A DNA stretch of 36,650 nt. Origin: Nitrospirota bacterium. GTDB taxonomy: Bacteria; JACPQY01. A model generated the notes under the pieces. It made no database searches, had not been told where the DNA came from, and saw only the letters and a program-made list of their open reading frames with translations. Below are positions 1-9,542 of this stretch, in pieces. The stretch covers positions 1 to 36,650 of the forward strand of contig JACPAV010000041.1 of the NCBI GenBank assembly GCA_016180645.1, given 5' to 3'. Each line of letters begins with the position of its first letter. Within the stretch, counting starts at the first letter, position 1. The position numbers and the translations under genes were made by a program.

Positions 1-192
1 GCCCATCCCCTCAGAATACGCACTAGCCCCTCGCCAAGCAAGGAATCCAGCTGTGATATACTCACCTTCACGCCGGATTCAGGTTAAGGCTCGGCTACAC
101 GTATGAAAATATACGTGATATGAATACGGCATTACATTTTCGACATAGTATACTAATTATTGGCTTGACGGGTTGTTGTTCATCCCCGAAAC

Positions 193-702
193 GTGGAGAA
201 TGGCAGCGTGGAGAATTTTCACGTCAGGATCGAACGTGGGCAGGCTCATTTCTGTTCGGGCCATTTTCTGATCTTTCCGAACGGTAGGTCCGAACCGATT
301 CATGGCCACAACTACCGTGTTGAGGTGGAGGTGGCCGGCAAGCCCGGGCCCGGCGGATTGGTAGTCGATTTCCTCAAACTCATGCCGATCGTGCAGGCGG
401 TTTGTCGAACTCTGGACAATCGGACGATTCTGCCCACCCGGAATCGACGTTTGAAGGTCCGGCGAGGCACCGGACGGATCGAGGCCACGATCGGACGCAA
501 ACGATACGAGTTGCCGGCATCGGATGTCGTTCTCTTGCCTCTGGAAAATTCCAGCTGCGAGCTCCTGGCCCAACACGTCGGTCGCGAGATCATCAAGCGC
601 CTTCGGAGCGCCGTCGGCGTCCGGCGGCTGCACAGCCTCCGAGTATCGATCGAGGAGGCCCCCGGGGAGGTGGCCTCGTTCACCGGGAGATTTGCCGGAT
701 GA
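193..702 (+). CDS. 6-pyruvoyl-tetrahydropterin synthase (QueD/PTPS, T-fold) family protein, probably PTPS-III type
   Basis: FxSGHF, EPIHGHNY, G.VVDF, LPLENSSCE.LA and SIEE motifs typical of PTPS; the stop codon overlaps the next ATG (ATGA 699-702). Confidence 0.85.
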   Translation: MENGSVENFHVRIERGQAHFCSGHFLIFPNGRSEPIHGHNYRVEVEVAGKPGPGGLVVDFLKLMPIVQAVCRTLDNRTILPTRNRRLKVRRGTGRIEATIGRKRYELPASDVVLLPLENSSCELLAQHVGREIIKRLRSAVGVRRLHSLRVSIEEAPGEVASFTGRFAG

Positions 703-1592
703 CCGTGGAAACGGCCCCTGGCGTCGCGGCCTCCGTTGCGCGGCTGGAGGCGGACGGCGTCCGCGTCCTGTCGGCCTTCCAGGAGCCGTACAAGAACCGG
801 ATCCAATTTCTTGTGAGCCTGCCCATCGAGAAAGTCGTTCCCGCGCCGTTTCAGCGGGACATCTCGAAGCCGCACGTGGACAAGCTCAAGACAGTCATCA
901 AGAAGGTGGGCCGATACCTTGACCCGATCCTGATCGTGCGCGCGGATGACGGCGGATATTGGACGCCCAACGGGGTGCACCGATGGGAGGCGATGAAATC
1001 GCTCGGAGCCCGGACGATCACCGGCATCCTGGTGGAAGGGGAGGAGATCTCCGAGTTCATTCTCGCCCTCAACACGGAGAAGACGCCGAACGTCCGCGAC
1101 AAGGCGCTGGAGGTCATCCGGATGTACCGACGGATGTTGGAGAAGACTCCGCGCCGCAAAGAGAGCGAATTGGAGGACCGTTTCGAGGCGGCCTTTCTCA
1201 TCACGTTGGGGCTGGTGTACGAACAAAAGCCCCGGTTCAGCGGATCCACCTATGCCCCCATTCTGAGAAAGGTGGACGCGTTTAGGGACAAGGGCTTGGA
1301 ATCCGCCATGGGCGATCGAGAACAAATGCGGGACGAATTGGTGAGCGTGGATGCTCAGGTACAAGACATCGTCAAGAAGCTTCAATCTCGGGGATTCAAG
1401 TTTCCATACCTCAAAACGTTCGTTCTTTCGAAGTGCAATCCTTTCCACGGCAAGAGGAAACTGAAGGAGGAGTTCTTCCAGGTGATGGCCGCGCTCAGAA
1501 GGAACCTCGGTTCCTTTGACCCCGGATCGGTGCGTCGGGATCAGATTCTGGCGATGGCCGGAATCACCGCGGGAGCCGGGAGCACCGAATAA
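699..1592 (+). CDS. ParB/Srx N-terminal domain-containing protein
   Basis: PFQRDIS, YLDPILIVR and TPNGVHRWEAM resemble the ParB N-terminal fold. Start set at ATG 699 (coupled to the upstream stop) rather than 402. Confidence 0.75.
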   Translation: MTVETAPGVAASVARLEADGVRVLSAFQEPYKNRIQFLVSLPIEKVVPAPFQRDISKPHVDKLKTVIKKVGRYLDPILIVRADDGGYWTPNGVHRWEAMKSLGARTITGILVEGEEISEFILALNTEKTPNVRDKALEVIRMYRRMLEKTPRRKESELEDRFEAAFLITLGLVYEQKPRFSGSTYAPILRKVDAFRDKGLESAMGDREQMRDELVSVDAQVQDIVKKLQSRGFKFPYLKTFVLSKCNPFHGKRKLKEEFFQVMAALRRNLGSFDPGSVRRDQILAMAGITAGAGSTE

Positions 1593-1620
1593 AAACCTAT
1601 CTCCGTAGTCGTCGGAATCG

Positions 1621-1657
1621 CCCCTCCTCCCAGCCCTCTCCCGCTCGAGGGAGAGGG
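1621..1657. repeat. Palindromic CCCTCTCCC...GGGAGAGGG element; possible terminator between convergent genes
   Basis: 9-bp perfect stem, 1634-1642 with 1649-1657. Confidence 0.55.
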
Positions 1658-1765
1658 TGTCCGACGGAACGTCGCCTCGGATTGCTGGAAGCTCCTACAC
1701 CCTCACTCGTCTCGTTATGCGGCCATCGTGGCCGCGACCAGTGGAAACGGGTACGGGTCTGATCC

Positions 1766-2293
1766 TCAGACCCGCCAACCCGGCTGGGCGGGGGCTTTGG
1801 AAGTTACATTGGACCGTAATTGCCTGAGCCAATCGTTGGATACCGGCTTGAACACCTGAAGAAAGAAGTCGAGCTTACTTGTGAGCTGCTTGGAGAATTT
1901 CTCGCAGTGGGCTTTCGCGATCCCCATGACTTTCTCCCATGAAGGGCCGAACAGGCCGATGACCTCCTTGTCGAAATAGGAGGCGGGAACGGGCTTGCCG
2001 CCGAAGACGAACATCCGGCCCTTGTCCGAGGCCTGGAAGGGGACCTTCTCGTCGGCGATACCCTCGGCGAGGAGTTTGGGGACATCCGGGGCGGGGATTT
2101 CGCCGGGCACGTCCGCTTCCAAATCCTTCCAAAGGGGCGCGTTCTTGATGATGGCCCCGTTCTTGAAGAGGGCAAAGTTCAAGGCGCGGTTGGCTGCCCA
2201 GCTCTTGGCGTCCGTGTCGGGCATGCCCAGCTTCAATGCCCGGGCGTACTGGAGCACGGCCATGATGTGAAAGGTACTCAGCTGCTCAGGCAT
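1766..2293 (-). CDS. Hypothetical protein, probably of a conserved family (F.IMA.LQ.ARA..LG.P...AKSW..NRA N-terminus)
   Basis: 175-aa ORF with protein-like composition. The N-terminus resembles an uncharacterised family I recall from bacteria and archaea; not verified. Confidence 0.7.
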   Translation of the reverse strand: MPEQLSTFHIMAVLQYARALKLGMPDTDAKSWAANRALNFALFKNGAIIKNAPLWKDLEADVPGEIPAPDVPKLLAEGIADEKVPFQASDKGRMFVFGGKPVPASYFDKEVIGLFGPSWEKVMGIAKAHCEKFSKQLTSKLDFFLQVFKPVSNDWLRQLRSNVTSKAPAQPGWRV

Positions 2294-2413
2294 GGGTTAT
2301 CCGATTTCCAGCTGGCGAATACGCCATCCTGGCTTTCACTCTCCAGTACTGCACCGTCCTAGCGCGGTACTGGAGCACGGTCATGATGTGAAAGGTACTC
2401 AGCTGCTCAGGCA
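2246..2413. repeat. 47-bp direct repeat (2246-2292 and 2367-2413, 1 mismatch) duplicating the first 16 codons of the 1766-2293 gene
   Basis: gtactggagcacgg(c/t)catgatgtgaaaggtactcagctgctcaggca occurs twice. Confidence 0.95.
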
Positions 2414-2420
2414 CCTCGGT

Positions 2421-2448
2421 ATACTAGTAGGCGGGATCGTGATGTCAA
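2421..2448 (-). promoter_or_regulatory. Sigma-70-type promoter
   Basis: TTGACA (2448-2443), 16-bp spacer, TAGTAT (2426-2421); predicted TSS near 2414. Confidence 0.6.
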
Positions 2449-2507
2449 GCCATGAGAAAATGCCCCTAATCCGTAAACAAGCCTTCCTTCGGGCTGGGGA
2501 TATTCCC

Positions 2508-2564
2508 CGTAGCGCCCGATTTTACATCGGGCGAAAAACGTCCGGCATGAAGCCGGACGCTACG
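2508..2564. repeat. GTAG-type REP doublet (REPIN-like)
   Basis: CGTAGC...GCTACG ends enclose two 8-bp hairpins (2513-2533 and 2539-2559). Confidence 0.7.
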
Positions 2565-2764
2565 AAGCCTTCCACCCGTTGCGTGCCCCCCCCCCGCGAG
2601 AGGGAAAGCGAGTTGTCTGCGGATTAAGGAAATGCCACCTGCCCGTTGCGAAGCCGCCGCAGGGGTGGGGTGTTTCCCCTGGGTATCTGGTGATTTCTGC
2701 TCATTTACTCAAGGAGTGACATCGGGTAATTAAGGGGCACAACAGGGGTTATTGTTGCAACGCG

Positions 2765-3976
2765 ATGGCTCAAAGAGGGGTTCAATTGAGTGAAATGCCG
2801 GAGGTGAGGGATGAACTGCTGGAACGCGGTCCCTCCGCCGCCGGAACCGTCGCCCGCGCCAGGGAAACCGTCGAAATTTCCAAGTTTCTGGAAGCGTGTC
2901 TGCCGGGACGGGCGATGGGAAAGGTCCGCGACGCGTTGCAAGTGTTCTGTTCCAGTCCGCTCCTCACGAATCTGCTCGTGACGGGAAATCCAGGCACGGG
3001 CAAAAGTCACCTCGCGGGCATCGTGGCCGCCGCCTTGCGGTGGGAGACGTTGCCCCCGCCGGAGCGGGGCGCCATTTCGGGGCGGCCGATCAGCATCGAG
3101 GTCCTGAGCGAGAAGTCGGTCGGTCGCATCGAACTGCCGGGGATTCAGGACACCCTGATCGAGAGCGAGCTGTTCGGCTACCGGAGAGGTGCGTTCACGG
3201 GCGCGCACCAGGACAAGGTGGGGCTGCTGTCCACGAGCTACGAAGTGATTCTCCTGGATGAGATTGGCGACGCGAGCCCCTCCATGCAGGCCAAGCTGCT
3301 TCGCCTCGCCCAGGATCACCGCTTCCGACCGATCGGCGCCTCTATGGACACGGAGTTTACGTATGAGGGCAAGCTCGTTTTTGCCACGAACAAAGATCTG
3401 AATCGGTTGGTTCGCGAAGGACGGTTCCGGGAAGATCTGCTGCACCGGCTGAGCCTGATCCACGTGCAACTGCCGGATCTTCGAGAAGACCCGGACTATC
3501 TCCGGTTTTCCATTGAGGTCATGCTGATGAAAATTGGCCGGGAGGCCTGCAACGGGAATGGCAACGGAAACGGCCGGGCGAACGGCAATGGGAAGAACCA
3601 TGGGAACGGCGGCAACGGTGCGGAGATCGTTCTTTCACCGGAGGATGAAGCCTGGGCGATGAAGTATTCCTGGCCGGGCAATTTCAGGGAGTTGGAGGGC
3701 GCGTTCCGGAGATGGATCGCGTTGGGACATGCGCCGGGCGGACTGCGGAAATCTGCGGAGGCATCCATGTTAACGCTCCCCGGGCCGATCGCGGAGGGCG
3801 CGTCCTTCGGGGATTTCCGCAAGGCGCTCTTCGGCCGGGTGGATGAGTTCCTGTACGACGAGATTCGCAGGATCGACGAGCAGACGTTCCACCGAATCTT
3901 TCCAGAATCGAGTCGACCCTCGGCTCTGCGTGTCGTCCGAAGGGGCCTTTCACGAAGCCGCGCGGAAGAAGAGTAA
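2765..3976 (+). CDS. Sigma-54-dependent AAA+ enhancer-binding protein with no recognisable sensor domain or Fis-type HTH
   Basis: Walker A GNPGTGKS, ESELFG, GAFTGA, Walker B LLDEIGD, FATNKDL, FREDLLHRL and WPGNFRELE; Asn-Gly insert at 3551-3619. Start could be 2795. Confidence 0.9.
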   Translation: MAQRGVQLSEMPEVRDELLERGPSAAGTVARARETVEISKFLEACLPGRAMGKVRDALQVFCSSPLLTNLLVTGNPGTGKSHLAGIVAAALRWETLPPPERGAISGRPISIEVLSEKSVGRIELPGIQDTLIESELFGYRRGAFTGAHQDKVGLLSTSYEVILLDEIGDASPSMQAKLLRLAQDHRFRPIGASMDTEFTYEGKLVFATNKDLNRLVREGRFREDLLHRLSLIHVQLPDLREDPDYLRFSIEVMLMKIGREACNGNGNGNGRANGNGKNHGNGGNGAEIVLSPEDEAWAMKYSWPGNFRELEGAFRRWIALGHAPGGLRKSAEASMLTLPGPIAEGASFGDFRKALFGRVDEFLYDEIRRIDEQTFHRIFPESSRPSALRVVRRGLSRSRAEEE

Positions 3977-4010
3977 ATTCGTCAAGCGCCGGTCCAGTCC
4001 GGCGGATGCC

Positions 4011-7000
4011 TCACGGGGCATCCAGATTTTGGACCTGCACGGGCGTGGCGGCGTCGAATTCCGATCCGTCCCCAAGCTGACCGAACCGATTCGATCCCCA
4101 GCAGTAGATCTTCCCGTCGGCCATCATGGCGCAACTGTGATCGGACCCGGTCGTAACCGCCACGACGCCGGAGAGCGATGCGACGGGGACCGGTTCGAAG
4201 CGGCTCTCACTCGTCCCATCGCCCAGTTGCCCGCTCAGGTTCAGGCCGAAACAGCGGATGGTGCCGTCCGCGATCAGGACGCAAGTGTGATGGTCGCCCG
4301 TGGTGACCGCCACCCCTCCGGAGAGGGACGAGGCGGCGATGGGGATGCCGGGACTGGCGGACTCCCCGAAGCCGAGCTGGCCGTCCGCGCCGCGACCCCA
4401 GCATTTCACCGTACCGTCCGAGATCAGCGCGCAGGTGTGATACAGGCCGGCGGAAATGGAGACGGCGTTCGACAGGGATGTGACGTCGCTGGGCGAGCCC
4501 CGGTTCACCGTGGTCCCATCGCCGAGTTGGAAATTGTCGTTGAACCCCCAGCATTGCGCGCGGCCGTCCGAGAGCAAAGCGCAGGTGTGCCCGCTGCCCC
4601 CGGTGAGACCGGTGGCCCCGGTCAATCCCGATACCGTGACCGGCGTGGCGGCGTCCATCGTGGTGCCGTCGCCCAATTCCCCGGTGTAGTTTCGTCCCCA
4701 GCATTTGGCCGTGCCGTCCGCCAGGACCGCGCAGCTATGGTTCAGACCTCCGGCCACGGATACGGCGTTCGTGAGGGTGGAGACGGCAACGGGCGTCAAT
4801 CGATTGAAGCCGGTTCCGTCGCCCACCTGGCCGCTGTAGTTCGCCCCCCAGCACTTCACCGTGCCGTCGGCCATCGCCGCACAGGTGTGATAGATCCCTC
4901 CGGTCAGGCCCACGGCGTCCGACAGAAACGCCACGGACTCCGCAGTGGGTTTGCCGGACATCGAACCGTTCCCCAATTGTCCAAACTGATTTCGCCCCCA
5001 GCACTTGGCGGACCGGTCGGAGAGGAGGACGCAGGAGTGATACATCAGATGGCCGGCCAGGGACTCGCGGAGAGGACGCGGTTGGAGAGCGCCGGAGGAG
5101 GGGGTGGAGTCTTGCACGCGGCGGGCGAGAATTCCGATGGGACCGACCAGGTTCTCCACGGAGACAGGTCCGAGGCGGGTGAGCCGCGTCCCGTCTCCCA
5201 CCTGGCCGAACGAGGAATCTCCCCAACATTTCGTGACGCCGCCCGATACCAACGCGCAGGTATGCAATGAGCCGGCGGCAATCATGATCACGCGATCCAG
5301 GCCGGAGATGACTTCGGGCGAGGAGGCATGGGCCCCGGTGCCGTTTGCGAGCTGACCCTCCGCGCCGCGCCCCCAACAGGCCACGGTGCCGTTCGCGAGG
5401 AGGGCGCATGTATGATGCGTTCCTCCGGTGACAGACAGTGTGTTTGAGAGGAGGGAGACGGCCGCCGGGGCGAGCCGATTGACGGTGGTCCCATCCCCGA
5501 GCTGACGGTTGATGTTGAGTCCCCAGCATTTCGTGGATCCGTCGGCCAGGATGGTGCACGTGTGGGCGGCGCCGGCGGCGGCGGCCACGACGCCCACGAG
5601 GGAGGAAACGGCAACGGGCACAGGGCGGCTCACGGTGGTCCCGTCGCCGAGTTGCCCAAAGAGATTGGCGCCCCAGCACCGCATGATGCCGTCCGACAAC
5701 ACAGCGCAGGAGTGATCGCTCCCTGTGGCTACCGATACGGCGTTGGAGAGCGACGTGACGGCCACGGGAGTCAGGCTGCTCACCGTGGTGCCGTCACCGA
5801 GCTGGCCGTAAGTGTTGGCGCCCCAGCAGTGAACCGAACCTCCGGCGATGAGCGCGCAGGAATGGGCGGTGCCTCCGGAGACCCCCACGGCGTTGGAAAG
5901 ACCGGTCACTCTCTTTGGCGTCGGGCTGTCGGCGGTCGATCCATCTCCGAGTTGGCCGAAGAAGTTTGATCCCCAGCATCGGACCGACCCATCGGGCATG
6001 AGGGCGCAGGTATGGAGGAGCCCTTGCGAGAGAGAGACGATTCCGGAGAGCGAAGTGACCAGGACGGGCATGGGTTGGCTCGTGGCGGCTTCCGCGCCGA
6101 TCTGGCCACGGTCGTTTCTTCCCCAGCATTTGACGCGGCCGCCGGGAATAAGAGCGCAGGCATGGTCACCGGCGTGGGTGAAAACGGCCTCCGCGTGGGT
6201 TCCCCAGGTGCTGGCTGTTCTCCGAACGTCATTGAGATCGAAATTTCCGGCCTCGTCCATGGCCCGCACGATGTAGGAATAGCGGGCGCCGATGACGAGG
6301 GACTGGCCGCCGCAGTTGCCGCCCTGATCGCTGAAGGCCGTGGCTCCCGGGTCCGTCAAACAGGTGGGCGCGAACACGGAACAGCCGTCGGCCGTGGTGG
6401 ACCGGCAGATGGCGTAGCGGAGGTCACCTTGAGCCGTGAGGTTGTCTGTGGCGGGGCTCCAGGAGAGATCAATCTGGGTGGTGGATTCGGGCGCGATCGT
6501 GGATAGGCCCGCGAAGGCCGGAGGTGTGGGATCGGGGATGAGGCCGTCCGATACGGTGATCGGGCTCGTGTTTCCGGCTTTGTCCCGCGCGCGGACGTGG
6601 ACGAAATAGCGGGATCCCTCCGTCAGGAAGAGCGCCGTGCGGGTCAACGACGTAACGTTTCCGAGGCGCTGAAAGGTGAAGTCGATGCCCACACAGACCC
6701 CCGGGGAGCTCGAATTCGAAACGCAGGCCTCATAGGTGTCCAACCCGGATCCCGCATCGATGGAAGCGGGCCAATTGGCCTCGAGCGCGAACGAGGAGGA
6801 CTGGATGTCAATGTCGGGGCCCGTGCCGTCGTTGACCACGGGAAGCGTGGAGGGGGCTTGCGTGTCGGTCCTGGCGGTGGAGGCTGAGGCATACAGGGAG
6901 TGTTGACCGGCGCCGTCGTACACGATGAGTTGGTACTGGAGACAGGTGGAGGTGGCGGCGGAGCTGTCGACGTACGGGGACGTTCGTGGGTTCATGGCGA

Positions 7001-9113
7001 GTGTGACGTAGGGTCCATAGGCCGAGCAGATATTGTCCTTCAGGGCCGACGTGCGTCGCTGGAGTACGGTTTGGATGATGCCGGTCCCGATGTCCGTGCC
7101 TGTGGAAAACGTGATGGGGATGCTGAGCACTTTGTAGTATCCGTCCGTGAAACTGATCGAGCCGGCGGATGGAGGCGAAATGTCATTGGAGACCTGAGTG
7201 GCGGCGGATTGATTTCCAGCCGCATCGGTGGCCGTGAGGTAGAGGGTGCCGAACTCGTTGTCGCCGATGGGGAACTCGCTGAATGAGCCGTCGGCGGAGG
7301 CCGTGCGGGTGCGGATGAGGGTGGTGAGAAGGCCGTCGGCCCAGGCCTTCAGAATGGAGTTTCCTTCGACGGCCCCGTCCTCCCCTTGGAGCGTGTCGGT
7401 GGTTCCCGGTGCATTCCGGCCGACCAGTATTCGCTGGCGGTCCGGCGGCGCGGGGGCGAGACTGTCCACCGTCCACGAATGCGAGATGGGATCCTCCACG
7501 CGGCCGCTAGGGCCGATCGCGCGAACCTGGAGGAGGTGAGGGCCGGAGGCCAAATCTTTGACGACATAGGGCGACGTACAGGGCACGTACGGTCCGCCGT
7601 CGAGCGAACATTCGTAGCGGAGGTTCACGGTGGACGATCCGAAGGTGAACGTGACCCTGTTCGCCTGCGTGAGGGGCGGCGGTCCGATGTCGATCTTCGT
7701 GTCGAACGGCCGGTCGGAGCCCGTGGGAATGTCGGGTGTGGGTTCGCCGGTCGTCGACCACGAATACACGATGGGGAGTGAAGATGTTCCGTTGACGTCC
7801 ATCGCGCGGACGGAGAAGGCGTGGTCCCCCGGCGGAAGGTCGGAGAGCGTGTAGGGGGAAGAACAGGCGCGGAAGGGGAGCCCGTCCCACGAGCAACTCC
7901 AGAGGCAGACGGAATCGCAGGCGAAACTGAAGGTGGCCGTGGCGCCGGTTCCCGACGGGGGGGTCTGCGTGTACTGGGCAATCGGCTCGACGGTGGAAAA
8001 GATGGGGGTTGCTGTGGATGCGTGTCCAACCATGAAAAACAGCAGGGCGCCGGCGGGCCCCTCCTCACCGCGGGAATCCTTGGCGCGCACCCGGAATTCG
8101 TGGAGGCCGGGCGATAGGTCGTTCCATGCGTAGGGCGCGTCGCAGGGGGCGAACGCCTCTCCGTCTTTTGAGCATTCGAAGAGGCAGGACTGGATGCGGT
8201 CGCAGCCAAAATTCAGGAAGATGCGAGTGGAGGAGAGAGTCCTGCCGGTTGCGCAGGACTCGTCCGTCGGTGATTCACAGAGGAACGGGGTGACGAAGGG
8301 CACGGTCAACGCGTCAGGATCGACCGTCAATGGGACGGATGCGCCGGTGTTGGATTGCAGTTGCTGGGAGAGCGATTGAGCGGCTGTCTGAAGGTGAGGG
8401 CTAAGCATTGAGGCGATGTTTGAGATGCGCTCGTCCGATCCGGGTCCGGCCGGCTTCACGGGATCGAGGCCAAGCTCGGGAGTCCTCTCCCGGGCAAAGG
8501 CCTGAACGAGGTTCGGGACTCCCGAGCTGTTGTTGGATGGAAGGTTGACATTCGCCAAGACCATGGAGGCCGCGGCCAGGGGATCGGTCGAATGCATGGG
8601 AACGGCGGCGCTTGCCTCCACGAGCGGAAGGGCGGCATCGTCGGGATGCGTCAGGACGGATGAGAAGATGTGGGAGCCATCCGGCAGCGGAATGGGCAGG
8701 GGGACCCGAATCCGGAATTCGAGACTTGGGTCGGATGCCGGCACATCGGGGGAAGGAGGTTCGATTCGCAGCGGATCGAGGAACCGGCGGTGCATCGGTG
8801 CGCCAAGGATGGGTTCCGGCGCGATCATCGCACGCGCGGGTGCTCGCAGCCGGGGCACGATCTCGCCCGGCACTTGGCGGACGAGGGTCTCGCCGTCGAC
8901 GCCGAGGTCCGCCGAAGAGACACGCAGACCGAATGCCATGGCGGCCTGTTCAGGGGTGAGAGGAACAGCCAGCTCGATATTCTGTTGGGTCCACGGAAAT
9001 TGATTTTCGCAGGTACAGGAACGTTGCGCGCACGCGGGGAGAATCAGCGAGAGGGCGAAGAGACGGACGCGTTTTCCGATCTGCCCTGCATGGAATCGAC
9101 GGGGCGAATTCAT
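4011..9113 (-). CDS. Large surface lipoprotein/adhesin: Cys-rich Ig-like and FN3-like domains plus 14 RCC1 repeats (7+7)
   Basis: Lipobox LILPA-C, ECSLDG..F..C.SP repeats and 14 H.CA....G...CWG.N..GQLG.G-type repeats. Start at ATG 9113 behind an AAGGAGGAG RBS. Confidence 0.85.
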   Translation of the reverse strand: MNSPRRFHAGQIGKRVRLFALSLILPACAQRSCTCENQFPWTQQNIELAVPLTPEQAAMAFGLRVSSADLGVDGETLVRQVPGEIVPRLRAPARAMIAPEPILGAPMHRRFLDPLRIEPPSPDVPASDPSLEFRIRVPLPIPLPDGSHIFSSVLTHPDDAALPLVEASAAVPMHSTDPLAAASMVLANVNLPSNNSSGVPNLVQAFARERTPELGLDPVKPAGPGSDERISNIASMLSPHLQTAAQSLSQQLQSNTGASVPLTVDPDALTVPFVTPFLCESPTDESCATGRTLSSTRIFLNFGCDRIQSCLFECSKDGEAFAPCDAPYAWNDLSPGLHEFRVRAKDSRGEEGPAGALLFFMVGHASTATPIFSTVEPIAQYTQTPPSGTGATATFSFACDSVCLWSCSWDGLPFRACSSPYTLSDLPPGDHAFSVRAMDVNGTSSLPIVYSWSTTGEPTPDIPTGSDRPFDTKIDIGPPPLTQANRVTFTFGSSTVNLRYECSLDGGPYVPCTSPYVVKDLASGPHLLQVRAIGPSGRVEDPISHSWTVDSLAPAPPDRQRILVGRNAPGTTDTLQGEDGAVEGNSILKAWADGLLTTLIRTRTASADGSFSEFPIGDNEFGTLYLTATDAAGNQSAATQVSNDISPPSAGSISFTDGYYKVLSIPITFSTGTDIGTGIIQTVLQRRTSALKDNICSAYGPYVTLAMNPRTSPYVDSSAATSTCLQYQLIVYDGAGQHSLYASASTARTDTQAPSTLPVVNDGTGPDIDIQSSSFALEANWPASIDAGSGLDTYEACVSNSSSPGVCVGIDFTFQRLGNVTSLTRTALFLTEGSRYFVHVRARDKAGNTSPITVSDGLIPDPTPPAFAGLSTIAPESTTQIDLSWSPATDNLTAQGDLRYAICRSTTADGCSVFAPTCLTDPGATAFSDQGGNCGGQSLVIGARYSYIVRAMDEAGNFDLNDVRRTASTWGTHAEAVFTHAGDHACALIPGGRVKCWGRNDRGQIGAEAATSQPMPVLVTSLSGIVSLSQGLLHTCALMPDGSVRCWGSNFFGQLGDGSTADSPTPKRVTGLSNAVGVSGGTAHSCALIAGGSVHCWGANTYGQLGDGTTVSSLTPVAVTSLSNAVSVATGSDHSCAVLSDGIMRCWGANLFGQLGDGTTVSRPVPVAVSSLVGVVAAAAGAAHTCTILADGSTKCWGLNINRQLGDGTTVNRLAPAAVSLLSNTLSVTGGTHHTCALLANGTVACWGRGAEGQLANGTGAHASSPEVISGLDRVIMIAAGSLHTCALVSGGVTKCWGDSSFGQVGDGTRLTRLGPVSVENLVGPIGILARRVQDSTPSSGALQPRPLRESLAGHLMYHSCVLLSDRSAKCWGRNQFGQLGNGSMSGKPTAESVAFLSDAVGLTGGIYHTCAAMADGTVKCWGANYSGQVGDGTGFNRLTPVAVSTLTNAVSVAGGLNHSCAVLADGTAKCWGRNYTGELGDGTTMDAATPVTVSGLTGATGLTGGSGHTCALLSDGRAQCWGFNDNFQLGDGTTVNRGSPSDVTSLSNAVSISAGLYHTCALISDGTVKCWGRGADGQLGFGESASPGIPIAASSLSGGVAVTTGDHHTCVLIADGTIRCFGLNLSGQLGDGTSESRFEPVPVASLSGVVAVTTGSDHSCAMMADGKIYCWGSNRFGQLGDGSEFDAATPVQVQNLDAP

Positions 9114-9154
9114 GGCACTCCTCCTTCGTTTCATGGCTTCCTGTTGGGAATAAG

Positions 9155-9170
9155 AGCAACGGATGTGCCA
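9155..9170 (-). promoter_or_regulatory. Sigma-54 (-24/-12) promoter
   Basis: Minus strand TGGCACATCCGTTGCT matches TGGCAC-N5-TTGCW, 42 nt upstream of ATG 9113, with an AT-rich tract further upstream. Confidence 0.8.
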
Positions 9171-9346
9171 TCACCACGGCGCCATGCGTGAAGTAATAAT
9201 CGAGTGCTAATAGTAGGTTTGCGAAGATCATTTTTGATGAAAAATATTTCAGTTGGCGCATGGTTCTGTTTGTCTTTTTCAGCGACAGATCTGTTCGCTC
9301 CCGAGCTATCGTAGATAGTGGGTTCTATTGGATAACGCGTTAGACC

Positions 9347-9403
9347 GGTAGGCGCAGGCTTCAGCCTGCGTCCAAAGACGCACCCATAAAGGGTGCGCCT
9401 ACC
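9347..9403. repeat. GTAG-type REP doublet (REPIN-like)
   Basis: GGTAGGCGCAGGCTTCAGCCTGCG...CGCACCCATAAAGGGTGCGCCTACC; related copy at 32237-32292. Confidence 0.75.
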
Positions 9404-9542
9404 AAGAAATCCCCCTCGCGGGTAACGATGGGGGGGGTCGAACCGAGCCCCGAAGGGAGGAAGGGATCGTGTCGGACTGGGATCAATGCCGTTGAGGCCG
9501 AGCTTCGATAGCGGCAATCGAGGGCTCTTACAGGCCGGTGGG

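Noticed and set aside
402-698. N-terminal extension of the ParB-like ORF (and similar extensions at 14697-14825, 16867-17088, 21509-21778 and 29850-29903)
   Set aside because: They overlap the upstream genes. Downstream starts give compact operon junctions and sensible N-termini.
9428-9452. tRNA fragment (GGTTCGACCCC on the minus strand)
   Set aside because: The flanks do not form a T-stem or cloverleaf.
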